Below, one piece after another: positions 1 through 5,456 of a stretch of DNA of 37,259 nucleotides; position 1 is the stretch's first letter, and every line of letters starts with the position of its first letter. Under the pieces are notes generated by a model that saw only the letters and a list, made by a program, of their open reading frames with translations, was not told where the DNA came from and ran no database searches. Source of the DNA: Spirochaetales bacterium. Its GTDB lineage: Bacteria > Spirochaetota > Spirochaetia > JABEVK01. A program made the position numbers and the translations under genes. The DNA lies in the NCBI GenBank assembly GCA_037142615.1, contig JBAXAI010000036.1, positions 1 to 37,259 on the forward strand, written 5' to 3'.

Positions 1-55
1 GTTCGCCGAAGACGTGCAGGAAGACGGAATCGTGGGTAAGCGGGGAGTAGGGCAT
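1..55 (-). CDS. 5' fragment of a probable Rpn-family PD-(D/E)XK nuclease/putative transposase; runs off the window edge
   Basis: Manual translation from ATG at 55 gives MPYSPLTHDSVFLHVFGE, resembling the Rpn N-terminal 'P..D..F..vFg' pattern. GAGGT Shine-Dalgarno lies 7 nt upstream. Only 18 codons are visible. Confidence 0.5.
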   Translation of the reverse strand, partial: MPYSPLTHDSVFLHVFGE

Positions 56-205
56 GTTTTGGACCTCGCGGTACCAGACGGGGGAAGGGCGCGTTTTGCT
101 TGCGGTTTGGGCGAAAAACTTTGGGAGTTTTGCGAAACTGTACAGGCGAGGTCAGCGTAGCGGAGGTCTGACCCCCGGTGGTTTCACCAGTCCCGAGTTT
201 CTCGC

Positions 206-1894
206 CTAGTCTTCTCCTTCGCCACTGCGGTCTACAAGAAGTGCCGCGTCCGAAGTCAGATTCAGCACCTTCTTGGTCTTGAGACCGAGCCCACGCAGCT
301 TCTCGGCCTGACGAACGAGATTGTCATTACCTTCGGCGAGGAGCTTGAAGGACTTGTCGTAAGCGGCCTGCGACTTGCCAATGTTCTTCCCGATGTCCTG
401 AAGACTTTCGGCGAACGTGACAAACTTGTCGTAGAGTTTGGCTCCCCGTTCGGCGATTTCCTGAGCATTGCGGTTCTGGTGTTCTCGCTTCCAGAGGTCA
501 GAAACCAGCTTGAGCGAGATGATGAGGTTCGTCGGGTTTATGAGCAGAATCCGCTTGTCGTAGGCGTACGTCCAGAGGTCGGCATCTCCCTGGATGGCTG
601 CCATGTATGCCGCCTCGCTGGGGATGAACATCATGACAAAGTCGAGACTTTGGGTGTAGTCGTCGTAACCACGACTGCTGAGTGCAACGATGTGGTTGCG
701 TACTGCCTGCAGATGGTCGTTGAGCTCTTGCTGCCGAATGTCAGGATCGTCAGCCTCGGTCGCACGGACGAATGCATTCAGGGAGACCTTGGAGTCCACA
801 ATGATGGTCCGCTGGTCGGGGTACTTGATGACCGCGTCGGGGCGCATCCTTTTGCTTTCTGAATCCGAGCGCAGCGGGTTGCCCTGGGAATCGGTCAGTT
901 GGTGTTCCAGAAAGTACTCTTCGCCTTTTCGGAGCCCTGACTTCTCCAACAAAGTTTCAAGGATCATTTCGCCCCACCGGCCTTGGGTCTTGGATTCTCC
1001 TTTGAGGGCCTTGGTCAGGTTTCGGGCCTCGTCGCCGATCGTCTGGTTGAGTTGGGCGAGTTCCTTTACTTTCTCCGCCAGCGAGAAACGTTCTTTGGAT
1101 TCCTTGTCGTAGACGTCGCCCACCGTCTTCTTGAACTCGTCTATGTTCTTACCCAGGGGTTCCAGAATGGCGGCGAGGTTGAGCTTGTTGACTTCGGTGA
1201 ACTTCTCGGACTTTGTTTCGAGAATCTTGTTGGCAATGTTCTCGAACTCGAGGTTGAACTTCTTTCCCAGATCCTCCATCTGCTGCTTCTGCAGAGCGAG
1301 GTTCTCTTCGAGGTTCTGGTTCTTTCCGTCAGCGGCTACGAGTTTTTGGCGAAGGTCATCGACCAACTCCGCGCCGGTCGTGGTTGCAAGTTTGAGACTA
1401 TCGATTTCTCTGAGCCGATCATTCAGGTTTTCTTGAAGCAGCCGAAGGGTTTCTTGGACGGTTTGGTGCTTTCCTTCAGCGACAACGAGCTTCTGCCGCA
1501 GATCATCGACCTGTTCCGCTCCATTCTTCGCAGCGAGCTTCAAGTCATCGATTTGCCTCAGTTTGTCGCTCAGGCTTTCTTGGAGGAAACGAAGGTTGGC
1601 CTGGACATCGGACAGCGCCTTCAGTTGATCTTCAGACAACTTTGCCTGTTCGGTGGCCCTGGCGTTCAAAGTTCCGATCTCCCTCAGCTTTTCTTCCTGA
1701 CCTTCTGATAGGCTCCTGATCTTCGATTCGGAGGCGGCCTGAAGGGCAGACAGTTCCTTCTCGAGGGCAAGACGCCTGCCCGACTCTGCTTCGCGCTCGT
1801 TCTTGGTCCGGCCTTGACCGAGCAGAGTGGCGATGAGGTATCCAATCACTAGGCCCGCGATCAGGCCAATTGCAGCAAGAATGATGTTTTCCAT
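206..1894 (-). CDS. rmuC: DNA recombination protein RmuC (N-terminal TM helix, coiled coil, PD-(D/E)XK-like nuclease domain)
   Basis: 562 aa. Motifs QGRWGEMILE, RPDAVIKYP..IVDSKVSL, DFVMMFIPSE and LYDKF. AGGAG RBS upstream. Confidence 0.95.
   Translation of the reverse strand: MENIILAAIGLIAGLVIGYLIATLLGQGRTKNEREAESGRRLALEKELSALQAASESKIRSLSEGQEEKLREIGTLNARATEQAKLSEDQLKALSDVQANLRFLQESLSDKLRQIDDLKLAAKNGAEQVDDLRQKLVVAEGKHQTVQETLRLLQENLNDRLREIDSLKLATTTGAELVDDLRQKLVAADGKNQNLEENLALQKQQMEDLGKKFNLEFENIANKILETKSEKFTEVNKLNLAAILEPLGKNIDEFKKTVGDVYDKESKERFSLAEKVKELAQLNQTIGDEARNLTKALKGESKTQGRWGEMILETLLEKSGLRKGEEYFLEHQLTDSQGNPLRSDSESKRMRPDAVIKYPDQRTIIVDSKVSLNAFVRATEADDPDIRQQELNDHLQAVRNHIVALSSRGYDDYTQSLDFVMMFIPSEAAYMAAIQGDADLWTYAYDKRILLINPTNLIISLKLVSDLWKREHQNRNAQEIAERGAKLYDKFVTFAESLQDIGKNIGKSQAAYDKSFKLLAEGNDNLVRQAEKLRGLGLKTKKVLNLTSDAALLVDRSGEGED
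1313..1606 (-). repeat. Tandem 147-bp (49-aa, seven-heptad) duplication inside the rmuC coiled coil
   Basis: VQANLRFLQESLSDKLRQIDDLKLAAKNGAEQVDDLRQKLVVAEGKHQT is followed directly by VQETLRLLQENLNDRLREIDSLKLATTTGAELVDDLRQKLVAADGKNQN. Confidence 0.85.
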
Positions 1895-1903
1895 TTGGGG
1901 CTC

Positions 1904-2458
1904 CTACACCTTGCTTGAGTGCTGAACTGTCCCGCTGAGTTTTGGATGGCCCCAGGGTAGGTCTGGCCTTGGCAGCCTCCAGGAATCGAACTGCTGGAAG
2001 ACTGCCTGCCGGAAGACCGGCCACAACTCGGGCAGCAACACTTCACGAATGAACTGGTCCATGACTTGCGGCCTCTTTGACTGTTCGTTGAATGCATCGC
2101 TTTCCAGGATTTTGAACCCTAAAACTCCCTTCTGTTCGTAGATCACGTGATCATCATCTGGGGTGGCGAGAACAATAGCTAGGTTGACCGGCAGGTACCA
2201 TTTGTCTCCCTCAGTCCGAAATGTGCGTCCTTCCCACCGATCGACCTTGTTTCCTGCTTCATCGAGGACGAGGTTGTCTTCTAGGTTTTCGCCGAGCGGA
2301 ACGTCAAAACGGAAAGTTGCGTCGACATTCTCCTGCCATACGGCGAATCTTTTTTCGGTCCCCCAGGCAGAAACATCAATCGGGCAGTAGTCAATGATCT
2401 CAACGCTTTTCTTGAGCGCGAGAACCCAGTCTCGAACTAGATTGTCGAAATCTACCAT
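1904..2458 (-). CDS. Divergent SecB-like chaperone (putative TAC chaperone)
   Basis: 184 aa. By-eye match to the SecB strand/helix pattern, strongest at the C-terminus: LLPELWPVFRQAVFQQFDSWRLPRPDLP vs E. coli SecB [28 protein letters not shown]. Third gene after a TA pair; GAGGAG RBS. Confidence 0.7.
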   Translation of the reverse strand: MVDFDNLVRDWVLALKKSVEIIDYCPIDVSAWGTEKRFAVWQENVDATFRFDVPLGENLEDNLVLDEAGNKVDRWEGRTFRTEGDKWYLPVNLAIVLATPDDDHVIYEQKGVLGFKILESDAFNEQSKRPQVMDQFIREVLLPELWPVFRQAVFQQFDSWRLPRPDLPWGHPKLSGTVQHSSKV

Positions 2459-2468
2459 CGCTTTCTCC

Positions 2469-2966
2469 TCATAATTTGAACTTAAGTACTACGTGACCGA
2501 GCTGAAGTCCCGCTCCTCCCGCGAGTTGTAGTGAGCTCCCACCAGAAACCCTTCGCACCCTAGTGTCGTTCTCCAGTGCCTCCCTAAATTGCACCTTGTT
2601 GCCAGTCCTCAACCCTTTCCGAATTTCCTGATTCATCCATTCCACCAGACCCAACCCTTGGACACGTGCGGTGTTCTTTGCTGACTCCTGGATGTCATAG
2701 GGCAAGGTGAAGGTGAACTCACCCATCGGTGAGACAACAAGTTCACCTCCAACAGCTTCACTGATGCGAACCAAGAGGTCATAAGCCGGGAGACCTCGCA
2801 TATTCTCCAGGCGGGAAATGGCACTCTGACTCGTCGAGGCCCGCTCTGCGATCTGTTTCTGGGTCAACCCCGACCGTTGCTTTAAGTACTCATAGTCGGT
2901 GAGAAAGTTCGCCAGCGGTGCCAACTGCCTGACTCTGTCGGTCGAATCCATTTCCTCGTCGCTCAT
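2469..2966 (-). CDS. XRE/HTH_3 antitoxin (HigA-like) with an additional RHH-like segment and low-complexity C-terminal tail
   Basis: 165 aa. HTH motif GLTQKQIAERASTSQSAISRLE. Start overlaps the toxin stop (ATGA, 2963-2966). Confidence 0.85.
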   Translation of the reverse strand: MSDEEMDSTDRVRQLAPLANFLTDYEYLKQRSGLTQKQIAERASTSQSAISRLENMRGLPAYDLLVRISEAVGGELVVSPMGEFTFTLPYDIQESAKNTARVQGLGLVEWMNQEIRKGLRTGNKVQFREALENDTRVRRVSGGSSLQLAGGAGLQLGHVVLKFKL

Positions 2967-3343
2967 TTCATCCCTCCTGCCTGATATTCCCTCAAGCGTG
3001 CTTGCGCGACCCCGAGCATTTCGGGAGCTTTGCCATGTTTGATTTCACCGGCCAACAGTACTGCACAGTTCTTGACGCGAGGGGACCAGCAAAAGTAGAC
3101 CCGAGCAACACCACCCTGTCGCTGCTTGGGAATGCGCATCTCGACCAGGTCCTGACCAAGCGATGCAAGTTGTTGGCTGTCAAAGAGAGTGTCAACCCTG
3201 TCCATCAGGGAAAGTTTCGACAGGAAGGCCTCCACACAAGCGACGAGGTCGGGGCGGCGCCTGGTCGACTTGTTTAGAAACTCACCGACATAGCCGCCGC
3301 GCTTTCCAGCCACCTTCTCTGGGAACCATTGCAACTGCACCAT
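2963..3343 (-). CDS. Type II toxin, RelE/ParE superfamily (HigB/Gp49-like)
   Basis: 126 aa. LVEMRIP..GGVARVYFC..AVLLAGEIK..AQARLREY fits the Gp49/HigB pattern. Toxin-first gene order as in higBA. Confidence 0.85.
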   Translation of the reverse strand: MVQLQWFPEKVAGKRGGYVGEFLNKSTRRRPDLVACVEAFLSKLSLMDRVDTLFDSQQLASLGQDLVEMRIPKQRQGGVARVYFCWSPRVKNCAVLLAGEIKHGKAPEMLGVAQARLREYQAGGMK

Positions 3344-3349
3344 GACCAG

Positions 3350-3378
3350 AGCGTAACGGTGCTTTCGGAAATTGTCAA
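3350..3378 (-). promoter_or_regulatory. Sigma70-type promoter of the toxin operon, probably leaderless
   Basis: TTGACA (3378-3373), 17 bp, TACGCT (3355-3350), 6 nt, ATG (3343). No room for an SD. Confidence 0.7.
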
Positions 3379-3385
3379 GAGGAGT

Positions 3386-3403
3386 TATATCATTTTTGAT
3401 ATA
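3386..3403. promoter_or_regulatory. Palindromic operator, probably bound by the antitoxin
   Basis: Perfect TATATCA-tttt-TGATATA with imperfect AGGA..TCCT flanks, 7 bp upstream of the -35. Confidence 0.65.
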
Positions 3404-3694
3404 TTCCTGATTCCGTTCATTTCAGCTGGTCATTGTTGTGGCGCGAACACCAGAAGCATGGTAAAGGCGCTCTGGCGGGAGGCAGTTTTGCTCAATCAGT
3501 TGTCGAATCCGCGTGTTTGCTTTAGTGCCTTGGGATTCTAGAAAGTAGTGTAGCCATATTTGAGGATTAATCCCCCCTGCGTTCGTTCACCAGCAGCGAG
3601 TCTGACCCGCCCCGGGTGGGTAGCGCAGGAACAAGCCGGCCCGCCGGTTTTTCCGGAGCGCAGGGCGGGTCTCCGCCCCCTTCCCTACGCCAGC

Positions 3695-5404
3695 TTATTT
3701 CTCATGCATCACCGTCATGCCATCCCAGCCGGCAGGCGGCGGCGTGGCGATCATCTCGGTGCAGCGGCCCACAAACTGCTCGGCCATGAAGTCGCCCGGC
3801 AACCAGCGCTCCAGCACTTCGGCAAACAGGGCTTTGGCGCCACGGAAGTCGCGGGCGTAGTACTTTTCCAGGCCGGAATGCCAGGTGGCCCAGCCAATCT
3901 TTTCGCCCTCGGTGAGGGTTTTTTGGGCGGTGTAGATGCTTTCGCCGGTGGTCTTGCCCTTCACCATCACTTTGTCGAGCATGCGGCAGTACACGTAGCG
4001 GCCGACCTGCTGGTACACGCTTTCGCTGAACATCAGCACCTGGTGGTACATCTTGGTGAGGCCCTCGAGGCGGCTGGCGAGGTTCACGTTGTCGCCGATG
4101 ACGGTGTAGTTGAGCTTCTTTTCGCTGCCCATGTTTCCCACAGTGACTTTGCCGTAGTTGATGCCGATGCCGATTTTGAACTCGACTTTGCCGCGAGCGA
4201 TCTGGTCGGCGTTGAAGGCGTGGAGCGCTTCGGCCATTTCGATGCCGGCGATGACGCTCAGCAGCGCGTCGTTCTCGGTGGCCAGCGGTGCGCCAAAAAA
4301 GGCCATGATGGCGTCGCCGATGTACTTGTCGACGGTGCCGCCGCGGGCGATGACGATGTCGACCATGGCCGAAAAGTACCGGTTGAGCGTCTTGACGAGC
4401 TCGTCGGGCTCCATGGTCTCGCTGATGGTGGTGAAGCTGCGGATGTCGCTGAACAAGATGCTGATGGCGCGGTCTGTCCCCTTGAGCATGGCGGCGGGGT
4501 TGCCCAAGACCGCGTCGATGACGTCGCTGGGCACGTACTTTTGGAAGATGCTGCGGATCTTCTGTTCGTTGCGCTTGGCGAGCACGGACTGCAGGGCGAA
4601 GTTCTTGATCTGGCTGTTGGCGACGCCGAGCTGGGCCAGCATCTGGTTAAAGGTGTCGGCCATGCGCCCGATTTCGTCGGGGAACTCGACGTCGACGCGG
4701 CGCTCGAGGTTGTTGTCCTCCATGATCTCTTCCATGGTGCGTACCATTTTGCTGATGGGGCGGGTCAGGTAGCTCGAGAAGAAGAACAGGAGCACGAAGG
4801 CGAACAACAGCGACGCGCCCAAGATGAAGTAGTTCTGCGTGTTGATGTCGCGGGCGCCCTGGAAGAAGGTGTCGCGGGCTTCGCTGACGACGACGTACCA
4901 TTGAAACGAGGTGTGTCCCGGGGCAGCCGCAGTTGCCCCAGCGCTTGCGGCAAACTCGAAAATCTGCCCCACGCGTTCGATGCCTTCGACGGTGAAGCCG
5001 TTGTAGCCGGCCTTGCCTGCTTTGCGCATCGCCTGCAGGGCCTCGAGCTCGCCAGGCTTCCACGCGATGGGGCGGGTAGTCCAGGCGGCGTCGCTGGCGT
5101 CGAGGGCGAAGATGAGTTCGCTGTCGCTGCGGATGAGGCTCTTAGCGAAATCGGCGATGCCGGTGCGGGTCACCTCGACGTACTTGTCGTTGCTGGTGAG
5201 GTTGCTGGTGACCAGCAGGCTCCACTGGTTGTCGGCGTTCTTTTTGAGTTCCTCGGCCTTGAAGCCCAAAAAGTCGATAGCCACCTTGGTGATGCCGGTT
5301 TCGGCCGAAAACACGGCGGCAAAACCCGAGATGAGCAGCGTGGTCACCAACAGGGGCAGAACGATGAGCAGGATCTTCCAGCGGATGTTCAGGCGGATGT
5401 TCAC
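3695..5404 (-). CDS. Membrane-bound class III adenylate/guanylate cyclase with HAMP domain
   Basis: Two TM segments, HAMP (DEIGRMADTFNQM), then FSDIRSFT, DKYIGDAIMAFFG and YTVIGDNVNLASRLE; the Lys/Thr specificity residues suggest ATP. Start moved to GTG 5404 because the longer ORF overlaps the divergent gene. Confidence 0.92.
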   Translation of the reverse strand: MNIRLNIRWKILLIVLPLLVTTLLISGFAAVFSAETGITKVAIDFLGFKAEELKKNADNQWSLLVTSNLTSNDKYVEVTRTGIADFAKSLIRSDSELIFALDASDAAWTTRPIAWKPGELEALQAMRKAGKAGYNGFTVEGIERVGQIFEFAASAGATAAAPGHTSFQWYVVVSEARDTFFQGARDINTQNYFILGASLLFAFVLLFFFSSYLTRPISKMVRTMEEIMEDNNLERRVDVEFPDEIGRMADTFNQMLAQLGVANSQIKNFALQSVLAKRNEQKIRSIFQKYVPSDVIDAVLGNPAAMLKGTDRAISILFSDIRSFTTISETMEPDELVKTLNRYFSAMVDIVIARGGTVDKYIGDAIMAFFGAPLATENDALLSVIAGIEMAEALHAFNADQIARGKVEFKIGIGINYGKVTVGNMGSEKKLNYTVIGDNVNLASRLEGLTKMYHQVLMFSESVYQQVGRYVYCRMLDKVMVKGKTTGESIYTAQKTLTEGEKIGWATWHSGLEKYYARDFRGAKALFAEVLERWLPGDFMAEQFVGRCTEMIATPPPAGWDGMTVMHEK

Positions 5405-5410
5405 CTTGCA

Positions 5411-5449
5411 AGAATCGGCATGAAGATGGCCGACCTGAATGCCGATACT
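5411..5449. promoter_or_regulatory. Symmetric divergent promoter element (inverted repeat ATGCCGATWCT)
   Basis: AGAATCGGCAT (5411-5421) and ATGCCGATACT (5439-5449) are a 10/11 inverted repeat, each ending 6-7 nt before a start codon. Confidence 0.5.
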
Positions 5450-5456
5450 CAGAAAG

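Noticed and set aside
144-207. AGGCGAG/CTCGCCT inverted repeat and small GGTG/CACC hairpin after rmuC as a terminator
   Set aside because: Short stems, long loop and no U-tract on the coding strand.
3329-3586. 70-aa plus-strand ORF (3329-3541) and a short minus-strand open frame (..NPQIWLHYFLESQG..)
   Set aside because: No credible start or RBS and no family resemblance; the plus-strand ORF runs across the toxin promoter and operator. Could be a gene remnant but cannot be supported.
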